Part shown: positions 46,420 to 54,921 of the stretch, piece after piece
Position numbering within the stretch: position 1 is the first letter of the stretch
How the letters are laid out: the number at the start of each line of letters is the position of its first letter
From: a virus
Taxonomy: Duplodnaviria > Caudoviricetes
Direction: 5' to 3' (one strand)
Length of the DNA: 64,000 bases
IMG/VR virus record: IMGVR_UViG_3300024229_000651
The notes under the pieces: model-generated
Told to the model about the DNA's origin: nothing
Database searches by the model: none
The model's input: only the letters and a program-made list of their open reading frames with translations
Translations under genes and position numbers: made by a program

Positions 46420-46432
46420 TAAGTGCTTGATT
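46420..46432 (-). promoter_or_regulatory. IHF-consensus-like site
   Basis: AATCAAGCACTTA on the - strand matches WATCAANNNNTTR exactly. Confidence 0.5.
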
Positions 46433-46479
46433 TTATTGAAATTTTAAAAATAATGCAGATATTTGCACTAAAATACTGG

Positions 46480-46992
46480 TTAAAATATGAATTTTTCCCA
46501 GCTGGGATGCTTGATATGCACAGACATAGCGGTCTTGTTCTTTACTAGATCATAGTAACTTGGTGGGACAGGTTTCCTTGACGGCAAAGGAGTCAGGTCA
46601 TTTCCCTTATCACTGTTACACGGCTGACATGCTGTAACTACATTTTCAAAGGAAGTGTCTCCGCCTTTACTTACCGGAAGTACATGGTCTATGGTAGCAG
46701 TGCTGTAGGATAGATCTATATCACAATACTGGCATTTAAAACTGTCTCGTAGAAATACATTGTACTTGGAAAATCTAACTTTGGTGTTTTTCCTTACGTA
46801 TGTCTTTATCATTATCACGGCAGGAACTTTAGTTTCCCACGTGGGACTGCTGACCATCCATTCGTCATACCATTCTAGTACATGTACTTTGTCGAGCACC
46901 ATATACTTAACAGACTCTTGCCAACTAATTGCGCTAAGTGGAAGCACTGAGTAAGGTTTACCGTCTGCATTCAATACCAATGTGTCGCTCAC
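46480..46992 (-). CDS. HNH endonuclease (McrA-like)
   Basis: RDSFKCQYC, TIDHVLPVSKGG, NVVTACQPCN. Confidence 0.9.
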   Translation of the reverse strand: MSDTLVLNADGKPYSVLPLSAISWQESVKYMVLDKVHVLEWYDEWMVSSPTWETKVPAVIMIKTYVRKNTKVRFSKYNVFLRDSFKCQYCDIDLSYSTATIDHVLPVSKGGDTSFENVVTACQPCNSDKGNDLTPLPSRKPVPPSYYDLVKNKTAMSVHIKHPSWEKFIF

Positions 46993-47021
46993 GACAAACT
47001 CCTATTATCTAATAGTTTTAT

Positions 47022-48095
47022 TTACGCAAAGTCTGTGTAATTCTCTTTAAAACTGATTTCGAAACGGTCAGCAAGTTCTTTCATAAAGGTGCCACTACTA
47101 TGACTAGCGTCTCTACCAACTTCGTTGAATATGTCGGGACACCATTCTCTTTCAACAATCAATCCTTTCCTTTGATAATATTTGTAGGCATCATTGGGAT
47201 TTTCAGTATCATTGGCTAATATAGCTTGGGGTATCTTATAACTAGACTTCTCGTCTATTTGTTGAACCAGTGACTCATCATCGAACCCAGCCATTCGATC
47301 ATTGACATACTCTACTATCGGTACATTGTGCGCCCGGCATAATAAAATTAGGTATTCTCGCTTAATTAAAAACTCTGTTACTATATGCATTTCACTTTTC
47401 GCAAAGTGACCTTTAGCTACCAGTTTAACGTCTAGCGGCAGATCGTCTCTGGGGTCAGCAGGCGAAATCGGAAAAACATCTTTCGACAGTTTGTTCCCTG
47501 GAATACCATCGATAATTGTGGACATAATATCTTCCTCGACTCGACTAGCATTGTCTGATACTATTAATGTTCTATATAAATCGGGCCACCATACTGCTAC
47601 TGCCTTAGGTATGTACCCTTTATCGAAAAACGCTCTAGCAACCCATATGCAATAATCCACGCCTTGCCCACCAGAGCCTAAATTCCAATTAGGCAGGTTT
47701 AAAGCATTCGCTACACGTTGCGGCCAGGCTTCATGGTCTCTAACTCCTACACCAAATGTATGACTGCACCCTAGGCTCATTAGCCCGGGCATGCTTTTTT
47801 CAAAGTTGTCAGGTGTTCTAAAGTTTCTGTTGTTTGTGGTGTACAACATCTCGTCTGGATCGTTGTATGGCCTATGGGAATGCTGGTTTGATCTTATTTT
47901 TAATAAGTGTTGGTTACTTTCTCTACTCCAGTATTTTGGGTGATCCGACGGAACATATTGTACTTGATGGAAGCCATTAGGTAGTTTTTTTACAATGCCG
48001 TTACCACCTTCAATCCCATCGTGGTAGTCCATTAACCTCGGTAGCCTTGTTTGTGGGCCAATTGGTGGTATATGATTAAAGTTTGGTGAGGACAT
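47022..48095 (-). CDS. SGNH/GDSL-like protein
   Basis: LGCSHTFGVGV...WP...NLGSGG; C-terminal RDASHS. Confidence 0.55.
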   Translation of the reverse strand: MSSPNFNHIPPIGPQTRLPRLMDYHDGIEGGNGIVKKLPNGFHQVQYVPSDHPKYWSRESNQHLLKIRSNQHSHRPYNDPDEMLYTTNNRNFRTPDNFEKSMPGLMSLGCSHTFGVGVRDHEAWPQRVANALNLPNWNLGSGGQGVDYCIWVARAFFDKGYIPKAVAVWWPDLYRTLIVSDNASRVEEDIMSTIIDGIPGNKLSKDVFPISPADPRDDLPLDVKLVAKGHFAKSEMHIVTEFLIKREYLILLCRAHNVPIVEYVNDRMAGFDDESLVQQIDEKSSYKIPQAILANDTENPNDAYKYYQRKGLIVEREWCPDIFNEVGRDASHSSGTFMKELADRFEISFKENYTDFA

Positions 48096-48096
48096 G

Positions 48097-48471
48097 TTAA
48101 TCTAGATCTTTAGCAAATTTTTCTACACTGGAGTCAGACAGTTTAAGCCACATAGCATCGTCCCCATTGAATAGATATAGAAATTTCTTATCTAGGTAGT
48201 AAGGCCACTGCATTTTTTCATGCAGTTTGATTAATAGAGATTTTTGTAGACCGGAATCTCCTAACATAAATTTATACGCCTCATATCTTTTTGATAGTAC
48301 TTTGAAGCCTGTTGACGTTAATCTCAGACCTGACACAGTTGTGTCAGTATGTTGTAGATTTTTAAACATCATATAGCAGACCTCTTTGACTGTGAGAGGG
48401 GCCAATGCTTGGGTGTCTTGTTTTATTGCGCTACAAATTTGATATTGTATACTATTCTGCAATGTCGCCAT
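48097..48471 (-). CDS. Hypothetical phage protein
   Basis: In operon; GLRLT..GF, MQWPYY. Confidence 0.6.
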   Translation of the reverse strand: MATLQNSIQYQICSAIKQDTQALAPLTVKEVCYMMFKNLQHTDTTVSGLRLTSTGFKVLSKRYEAYKFMLGDSGLQKSLLIKLHEKMQWPYYLDKKFLYLFNGDDAMWLKLSDSSVEKFAKDLD

Positions 48472-48766
48472 TGATCTTATTTTCTATAATCTCAACGCCT
48501 TCAGTTAATCTTACTACAGTAAACTCTTTTGTATTAAAAGTTTTGTTTAGCTTTTCTGCAAGATTAAATGCATGGCCACTATTGCTAAAGGACACCTTTT
48601 TATATTTAGGTCCAGGGTAAGATACTAATTTGTTGAGTGTGCGTAAATTAATTGGATTACCTTGGTAAAAGACGCTGTAGATAGCATCAGCTGCAAGAAT
48701 TTGCTCTGCTCTGTATGTATCTTTATAAACTGCTTCTAACAGTATCGTGGGCTTTGGTCTACTCAT
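48452..48766 (-). CDS. Hypothetical phage protein
   Basis: [21 protein letters not shown]; late-like promoter upstream. Confidence 0.7.
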   Translation of the reverse strand: MSRPKPTILLEAVYKDTYRAEQILAADAIYSVFYQGNPINLRTLNKLVSYPGPKYKKVSFSNSGHAFNLAEKLNKTFNTKEFTVVRLTEGVEIIENKINGDIAE

Positions 48767-48789
48767 GAGTGTATAGTCTCCTATACACT

Positions 48790-48797
48790 TATTTATC
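48790..48797 (-). promoter_or_regulatory. T4-late-like promoter GATAAATA
   Basis: Intergenic, 24 nt upstream of 48452..48766. Confidence 0.6.
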
Positions 48798-48827
48798 TAA
48801 AAAACAGTTAAAGCAAGTTTTAATAAA

Positions 48828-49064
48828 TCAAACAATATCTTTTTCTTTTAGAATTGCCATGAACTGTGTATACCCTCCAATGCTTTCTCCGTCTACAACA
48901 ATCTGGGGGAATGTTTTTGCGTTAGGGAATTGCTCTAGAAGTTCGTCTCTATTATAGTCCACATCTAGTTTCTTGACCGTATAATCGAGGTCACAAGACT
49001 GTGCTGCGTACTCTGCTGCGTCACAGTAAGGGCACTGTGGCTTGCTATATATTGTTACTTTCAT
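48828..49064 (-). CDS. grx: Glutaredoxin
   Basis: CPYC, TFPQI, IGG. Confidence 0.95.
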   Translation of the reverse strand: MKVTIYSKPQCPYCDAAEYAAQSCDLDYTVKKLDVDYNRDELLEQFPNAKTFPQIVVDGESIGGYTQFMAILKEKDIV

Positions 49065-49186
49065 TTATTTTTCCTCTTTCTTTGATACCGCAGTTTATGC
49101 ATAAGGTGCCTAGTATCTCGTGCCAGAACCAGCCAACTTGAAAAGTGTCTCTATTACATTTACTACAGTATCTATTTATTTTAGGC

Positions 49187-49378
49187 TTATTCACTAGTGA
49201 AGTTTCCGCCGCTAAAAACTACCTCACTATCTTCTTTAGGGTCTGTTGACTTTATAGTAGCGACTTCTTTGAGCACTTCATTTAAAAATGTTGTGCTCAA
49301 CTCTACTGTAGGAACACCAGCATCAATGAGCTTTTCAATATGTACTTGTAGTTTTTCTACGGCAGACATCTCAGACAT
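49187..49378 (-). CDS. Small hypothetical protein
   Basis: Overlaps the upstream gene in the co-oriented run. Confidence 0.55.
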   Translation of the reverse strand: MSEMSAVEKLQVHIEKLIDAGVPTVELSTTFLNEVLKEVATIKSTDPKEDSEVVFSGGNFTSE

Positions 49379-49904
49379 CTTGGATCTCGAGCATTGTTCT
49401 CTTCTGCTTATTCAATTGCTTTAGCCGTTGCTTTACTTCTATTTTAGATTTAAATGGACCTTCGTAGCCGTATTGTAATAACGTGCTAACTTTAGGACAG
49501 TTACCGCTCTTCCAACCTTTTTCAAAGTTAATGCAGTACCAACCAGCAGCATAAAACACTGTGCTAGATTCTGTTTTTGCAAACAACGGAATGTCTGCCA
49601 TATAGTACTCAGACTCTTTGTCTACAGGAACAGGATTGGGATAGTCTACTGCATACCCCTTGATATAAAATGTACTAGGTTGCGTAATATCAATAGTGGT
49701 TTCATCATCAAAAACAAAACTATTGTTAAAGAAATCTTTAACGTCTTCGCTGTTATCAAACAGTATAGTTTCTGTTTTGTCCAAATAAGTATACTTGTCT
49801 TGCACAGTTCTATGCAGGATTCCCACGTGCCGCTCATCGTCGTTTACAATCCAAGCATCCTCGCTGATCTTTTGCAACTGTACTTGATCTTTAAATTTAA
49901 TCAT
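49371..49904 (-). CDS. Hypothetical phage protein
   Basis: YAAGWYCI...CPKVSTL..Y.YEGPFK. Confidence 0.65.
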   Translation of the reverse strand: MIKFKDQVQLQKISEDAWIVNDDERHVGILHRTVQDKYTYLDKTETILFDNSEDVKDFFNNSFVFDDETTIDITQPSTFYIKGYAVDYPNPVPVDKESEYYMADIPLFAKTESSTVFYAAGWYCINFEKGWKSGNCPKVSTLLQYGYEGPFKSKIEVKQRLKQLNKQKRTMLEIQDV

Positions 49905-50091
49905 TTCGACTTTCTCCTTTCACTAAAATTCTAGGTTCGCTTGTACCAAATTGTCTGGCATAAACAGTTTTACCACCGTCTGGTGATTCGTAAATGTAAG
50001 GAACCTTTCCCTGAGTTCCGTATCTTCGTTGATAGTTTGGATTTTTCAACTTCTCAAACATCTCATCAATGTTACTGTCTAACTCGCCCAC
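49897..50091 (-). CDS. Small hypothetical phage protein
   Basis: YIYESPDGGKTVYAR. Confidence 0.6.
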   Translation of the reverse strand: MGELDSNIDEMFEKLKNPNYQRRYGTQGKVPYIYESPDGGKTVYARQFGTSEPRILVKGESRND

Positions 50092-51064
50092 CCAACATCT
50101 CCGAATACTGTGATGCGCTCTCGCCCATTCGCTGCAAGTTCCACTTACCGCAGAACTTCATAAAGTGCAGTCCGATAGTACCTACAGCATCCTTTGCTGA
50201 TTGTTCTTCTATAGCAAGTTTGCATCGTGTCTTTACTTCTTCTGGTTGCAACGTGAGGTCAATCAATATACGATTACGTTCGAAGTCATCCTTAACACGA
50301 TGTTCTACATCTTCGTGGTCTACCCAACGTTGTAACATAAAGTTATTGTAGTCAAACCCAGCATTCTTTCTATCTGCAAATGCCTCTGCAATACCAATCT
50401 TATTCTTACTGCCTTTCTTCCTAGCACCAGGGTACGCACTGAACACGTTGTCAGTCGCATCACCACGCACACACTTCTCAAACAGAATATACTCAGGATC
50501 GCCTAATACCTTGTCTTCTCCTGTCTTCTTGTCTTTAACTATCTTACCTGTTTTGAGATCTTTAAACCCTTCAAGACTAACAACTTGATCAGTAGTGCCG
50601 TTATACTGCGTTACATTGGGAGCAATGAGCTGATAAAAGTCGCTGTCAGTACTAATAATGTAATGATTATCGTCTGGCTTCTGTTGGATCCAAGATGCTA
50701 TCAAATCATCTGCTTCTGCTGTAGGACAGTGTAGCACGGAGCAATTAGTCCTGTCCTTAAAGAACTGTACCATATCGTCGTATGCTTCAAAGTACATTTC
50801 ATCGTCTTCCTGCTCGCGGACACTACGCTTGTCTGCAACTACTTTACGGTTTGCTTTGTAAGGTGTAAAAAAGTCCTTACGCCAGCTACGGCCTTCTAAA
50901 CATAGTACGATATGATCACCATCGAACTCTCTCCAACACTTGTTTAAACTGTTAAACATGATATGCATAGCCATGCCAATTTTAGTATCAATGTCCTGAC
51001 CACGCCCACCTACATGCTTTGCTCGCATAAACATGTTTAAGCCGTCAACTAACAAGTAATTCAT
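50072..51064 (-). CDS. rnh: T4-type RNase H / 5'-3' exonuclease (FEN family)
   Basis: LLVDGLN, EADDLIA, ISTDSDFYQL, GDATDNV. Confidence 0.9.
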   Translation of the reverse strand: MNYLLVDGLNMFMRAKHVGGRGQDIDTKIGMAMHIMFNSLNKCWREFDGDHIVLCLEGRSWRKDFFTPYKANRKVVADKRSVREQEDDEMYFEAYDDMVQFFKDRTNCSVLHCPTAEADDLIASWIQQKPDDNHYIISTDSDFYQLIAPNVTQYNGTTDQVVSLEGFKDLKTGKIVKDKKTGEDKVLGDPEYILFEKCVRGDATDNVFSAYPGARKKGSKNKIGIAEAFADRKNAGFDYNNFMLQRWVDHEDVEHRVKDDFERNRILIDLTLQPEEVKTRCKLAIEEQSAKDAVGTIGLHFMKFCGKWNLQRMGESASQYSEMLGGRVRQ

Positions 51065-51073
51065 ACAAATATC

Positions 51074-51313
51074 CTATATTTCATTAATGATATCATCGAA
51101 CGGACTATCTTCTGTCCATTGCTTAGTGACTATTTTACGCTCTTTTGCGGCAATAGTCAAGTCTTTTATGAGATCAATATTCATGGTAGAAAATTGTTTT
51201 AGCAATTGTAGTAGTTCATCGTCAGTTAAATCATCCACAAATGTTTTGATGCTAGGAGAAAGTATCTCTTTGACGTACTTGGCTAGCTTGGTTTCAGCTG
51301 TCGTCTGAGTCAT
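51074..51313 (-). CDS. Small hypothetical protein
   Basis: In the co-oriented run. Confidence 0.55.
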   Translation of the reverse strand: MTQTTAETKLAKYVKEILSPSIKTFVDDLTDDELLQLLKQFSTMNIDLIKDLTIAAKERKIVTKQWTEDSPFDDIINEI

Positions 51314-51815
51314 CGTCTTTGTTCCTATAACGGATTACGTCACCATTCTTACCATATCCACCTTCCAAACCAAAGTCCATGTCAGCTTGTTCTTGTAATA
51401 ACACAGTCCTGCATACATCGTTAAACCACAGATTAACAATGTCTTCGTCGCTTTTACCCTTGTATCCTGTGTCCATTAACATTTTAACAAATTCGTCGTT
51501 CCAGTCTAGTTCCATGAATCCTTGTTTAGGATCTTCTGGATTCACGTCAACGTTTTTAACGTCAACCCAAGGCTCGTGTTTTAAATTAGCAGATGTTTTA
51601 TGATACTCGCTTTGTGTGATATCCTCATGCTTTAATTCAATCTCGAGTTTTGCTAATTTAGCACTAACATCATCTTCTGCATTTATCTCTGCCAGTCTGA
51701 GTTCTAAGTCCTTACCGTCATAGTAGTACTCTGCTTCAGCTGTTTGTCGTGTCTTTCCTGATAGTCCCCAGCTCGCCGGTAGTAATTTAAACGGTATTAG
51801 TTTTTTATGTTTCAT
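51294..51815 (-). CDS. Hypothetical phage protein
   Basis: EPWVDV...GFMELDWNDEFV..L...GY. Confidence 0.65.
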   Translation of the reverse strand: MKHKKLIPFKLLPASWGLSGKTRQTAEAEYYYDGKDLELRLAEINAEDDVSAKLAKLEIELKHEDITQSEYHKTSANLKHEPWVDVKNVDVNPEDPKQGFMELDWNDEFVKMLMDTGYKGKSDEDIVNLWFNDVCRTVLLQEQADMDFGLEGGYGKNGDVIRYRNKDDDSDDS

Positions 51816-51816
51816 A

Positions 51817-52704
51817 TTATTTTCCTATTGCGTTGCCATATATGTGTACGTGTACTCGGCTTGTGTAATTGTATCCACGTTGTATTGCTTCATCGGCTAT
51901 ACTTGCTTCTGTTTGTACCAAGCCTTCGAATGTACCGCCGACACCCATAATCCATACTGGGAAGTTACATCCTGCTTCTCTGAATAGTTTGGTATTTTCT
52001 TCTACTTCTCTCCAACTTTCATCAGTGCCATTTACTACAAATTTTAGTTGACCACGACTAGAGACTTCGGCATACTTACCTACCACTTCAGGCTGAATAG
52101 CCTTTTTAGATTTCTCACCAGCAGTGCTCCACAGTTTAGGACTGATACTCCAATACCATTCTTTGCCTTCACATCTAGTATAACAACGATTAATATAATC
52201 AGCAAACTCGTCAGTGATAGGTCTAGTACCATTTGTTTCTACAGTAACAAAGTTGGGCATATTATCTCTTTTAGCAAACTCGTCTAACACACCAATCATA
52301 CCTGGCTGTGTGTTCTTTAACATAGGCTCGCCACCTGTAAACACCATGTGCGTTTCTTGTAATGTTGCAGGATGAATAAAGCTACCGTGCGGCAGAAGGG
52401 CTGTAAGCTCGTCTACTGCATCCTTTACACTACGATCGGTAATGAGATGCTTAAACTTCTTACTCCACGTATACGAACTATCACATCCTTTGTCAAACAC
52501 AGGAAGATCAAACACATTATCGATGTGCGTGATATCAATTTTCTCATATGGTAAGTCGTATGTGCTAGGGTCAGTAGGATCTGTTTGACCAAAGCCATTG
52601 CATTGTAAATTACACAAAAAGAATCTCATCCACAGGCTAGGTATGCCTACATACTGCCCTTCTCCTTGTGCTGAATAAAATGTTTCGCTGTACTTTAAGT
52701 TCAT
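51817..52704 (-). CDS. queE: 7-carboxy-7-deazaguanine synthase (radical SAM)
   Basis: YSETFYSAQGEGQYVGIPSLWMR, CNLQC...CDS, FTGGEP, VETNGT, SISPK, RVH; near folE. Confidence 0.85.
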   Translation of the reverse strand: MNLKYSETFYSAQGEGQYVGIPSLWMRFFLCNLQCNGFGQTDPTDPSTYDLPYEKIDITHIDNVFDLPVFDKGCDSSYTWSKKFKHLITDRSVKDAVDELTALLPHGSFIHPATLQETHMVFTGGEPMLKNTQPGMIGVLDEFAKRDNMPNFVTVETNGTRPITDEFADYINRCYTRCEGKEWYWSISPKLWSTAGEKSKKAIQPEVVGKYAEVSSRGQLKFVVNGTDESWREVEENTKLFREAGCNFPVWIMGVGGTFEGLVQTEASIADEAIQRGYNYTSRVHVHIYGNAIGK

Positions 52705-52967
52705 ATGTCTATGCCCTTTAACTTGAGATACACCATCTCATCTGGTGTAGCCCATTCTGTTCTGTTCAAGTGGTGTCTGGGGAATTGCGGCGGGTCTATT
52801 TTCATTTTCCTAGTTCTAGTGTAACCTACTCTAAACCAAATTAACGACTTATTAAAAGTAGACCTTCTTGGAAAAAGTACAAAGGTTTTCTTCCAATCAC
52901 TGTATATTAGGTTATCTGCAGAATAAATATAGTCTACAGCATTACCGCTCTCACCCGGAATGGGCAC
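52701..52967 (-). CDS. Hypothetical protein
   Basis: WKKTFVLFPRR; overlaps the queE start. Confidence 0.55.
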   Translation of the reverse strand: MPIPGESGNAVDYIYSADNLIYSDWKKTFVLFPRRSTFNKSLIWFRVGYTRTRKMKIDPPQFPRHHLNRTEWATPDEMVYLKLKGIDI

Positions 52968-53503
52968 TACATACCCATCCGTTCTTTTGTTTCTAAGTAT
53001 TCATCGTAGTCTAAGTCTTGGCGTGTGCGCTCAATATCAACTAACACATTGGGTATATTTCTTATTAGAGCACTGTTAACTAATGTTTCTATATCAGTTA
53101 GACTATGCTCTCCCCGTTCATGTAAGTCGATTATTCTTAGACAACAAACTCTCAATGCTAGGTTTACTAGTGTTGTAAAGGATTGTTTGTGCGGATAGTA
53201 CTGAAGCGAAGCTGCTAGTAGTTTCATATACGGAACTTGATGCAGCCTAGTAATTTCTATTACAACATCAAATTCATCTTTACCCACATTTATCAAGTCA
53301 AGTAACTGATCGTCTGGTGCTCCAGGTAACGTGGTATTTTCTGCATAAAAACTAATAGCATCCACAATGTCTTGCCTGTCCATCGATGGATAAAGTTCAT
53401 ACAATTTTTCAAATGTTGCCCCACTTGCAATCTTATCACAAATGCCATCGACTGGGACAAGCCCGTTTGTTACAACGAATGTGTTCTGTCTTTTCTCGAT
53501 CAT
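52967..53503 (-). CDS. DUF433-like HTH domain protein
   Basis: VPVDGICDKIASGATFEKLYELYPSMDRQDIVDAISFY. Confidence 0.6.
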   Translation of the reverse strand: MIEKRQNTFVVTNGLVPVDGICDKIASGATFEKLYELYPSMDRQDIVDAISFYAENTTLPGAPDDQLLDLINVGKDEFDVVIEITRLHQVPYMKLLAASLQYYPHKQSFTTLVNLALRVCCLRIIDLHERGEHSLTDIETLVNSALIRNIPNVLVDIERTRQDLDYDEYLETKERMGM

Positions 53504-53513
53504 TGTTAGTGCC

Positions 53514-54191
53514 TTATTTAGATGAGTTTACAATGTTCATGAATTCAGCACGAACGTCTGGTTCGTTCTTAAAGCAACCTCCTAGCTTGCTAGTGATTGT
53601 TGAGGAGCCTGTGTCCTCGACACCTCGACTCTTAACGCAATAATGTTGTGCATCAACAATAACTCCAATATTGGGCGTATCTAATATATACGACAATGCA
53701 TGATAAACTTGTTCAGTTAATCTTTCTTGGATTTGTGGACGTTTAGCAAAATATTCAACAACTCTGTTAAGTTTACTAAGTCCTAGCACTCTTTCATTTG
53801 GGATGTAGCCCACTGTAGCAACACCATCAATTACAACAAAGTGATGCTCGCAGTTTGATTGAACATTAATGTTACGCTCAATAACCATTTCGTCGTACTT
53901 CATTTTATTGTCTACTGCTGTACACTTTGGGAATGCTTCGTAGTCAAGTCCCCAAAAGATTTCGTTAACATACATCTTTGCCACACGCTTAGGTGTGTCC
54001 ATAAGACTGTCATCTGAAAGGTCTAGCCCCATGACGTTCATGATGTTTTTAAAGTGTTCTTCGATTAGATCAATTTTATCTGTACGAGAAAACCCGTTGT
54101 TATCAACTGGTGTTTCAACACCCATCTTTACTAGATGTTCGTGTACTCTGCGACCCAGATCTGGGTCAGTTTTAGTCTTATTATAAGCCAT
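53514..54191 (-). CDS. folE: GTP cyclohydrolase I
   Basis: DTPKRVAKMY, SNCEHHF, GLSKLNR, RPQIQERLT, HYCVKSRGV. Confidence 0.97.
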   Translation of the reverse strand: MAYNKTKTDPDLGRRVHEHLVKMGVETPVDNNGFSRTDKIDLIEEHFKNIMNVMGLDLSDDSLMDTPKRVAKMYVNEIFWGLDYEAFPKCTAVDNKMKYDEMVIERNINVQSNCEHHFVVIDGVATVGYIPNERVLGLSKLNRVVEYFAKRPQIQERLTEQVYHALSYILDTPNIGVIVDAQHYCVKSRGVEDTGSSTITSKLGGCFKNEPDVRAEFMNIVNSSK

Positions 54192-54256
54192 TCGATTCTC
54201 CTTCCTAACGCGGATTTAAATTTTTGAATTGTGTTGCTACCTTTGTGTAGCATTTA

Positions 54257-54264
54257 TATTTATC
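54257..54264 (-). promoter_or_regulatory. T4-late-like promoter GATAAATA upstream of folE
   Basis: Same motif as the other sites; followed by a 65-nt leader. Confidence 0.5.
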
Positions 54265-54469
54265 AACTGTCAAGTTTGATAATACCATTTTCCCAATTTT
54301 CTACTACATCCTCAGCATAGTGGATGCTTTTATTGAGCAATGTACGTGTCTCTTTCATAACACCATCCTCGAACAAGTCGACGACATAAGTCATGTCAGG
54401 GCCTTTAGTACCATCGCTGATATATTTAACTTTTCTTATTTTTGCAATACGTTCCATTACTTCCACCAT
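54263..54469 (-). CDS. Small hypothetical protein
   Basis: HYAEDVVENWENG. Confidence 0.55.
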   Translation of the reverse strand: MVEVMERIAKIRKVKYISDGTKGPDMTYVVDLFEDGVMKETRTLLNKSIHYAEDVVENWENGIIKLDS

Positions 54470-54921
54470 TCCTCATAAGGAAAAACGATCCAATTGTTAT
54501 CCTCAAGTTCAATTTCTTCTGCATAATAGTCTACACCATCGAACGAACTTGATTGCTTGTTAAATATTGTAGCATATCTGATGTCAGAATACAAGCTATT
54601 ATTTTTATTAATAGCTTCAGATATACCAGACAGAGTGCTACCAGTGTCGTTGATATCATCGATAACAAGAATATCTGTGTTACTATGATTGCTTAAAATA
54701 CTTTGTAGTTGTTCAGCATCTTCGAAATCACCATCCCTTGTTTGCCAGTTGAATCCTTCGAACGGAACGTTTAAATAGTGACTGAGCATTACACCGGGTA
54801 TATATCCTCCTCTACCAGGCCCAATTACTACACCTGGATTAAACGAGTCCAAGGAAATCATACGCACCAAATCAGCAAGGTATGATTCTAAATCATCCCA
54901 TGTATAAAATTTCTTCATCAC
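54457..54921 (-). CDS. Type I phosphoribosyltransferase (Gpt-like)
   Basis: GPGRGGYIPG, ILVIDDINDTGST (PRPP-binding loop), WIVFPYE. Confidence 0.9.
   Translation of the reverse strand: MMKKFYTWDDLESYLADLVRMISLDSFNPGVVIGPGRGGYIPGVMLSHYLNVPFEGFNWQTRDGDFEDAEQLQSILSNHSNTDILVIDDINDTGSTLSGISEAINKNNSLYSDIRYATIFNKQSSSFDGVDYYAEEIELEDNNWIVFPYEEWWK

Noticed and set aside
46480-46992. Intron-encoded or intein homing endonuclease
   Set aside because: It is a free-standing McrA-like HNH; flanking genes are intact and unrelated to each other.
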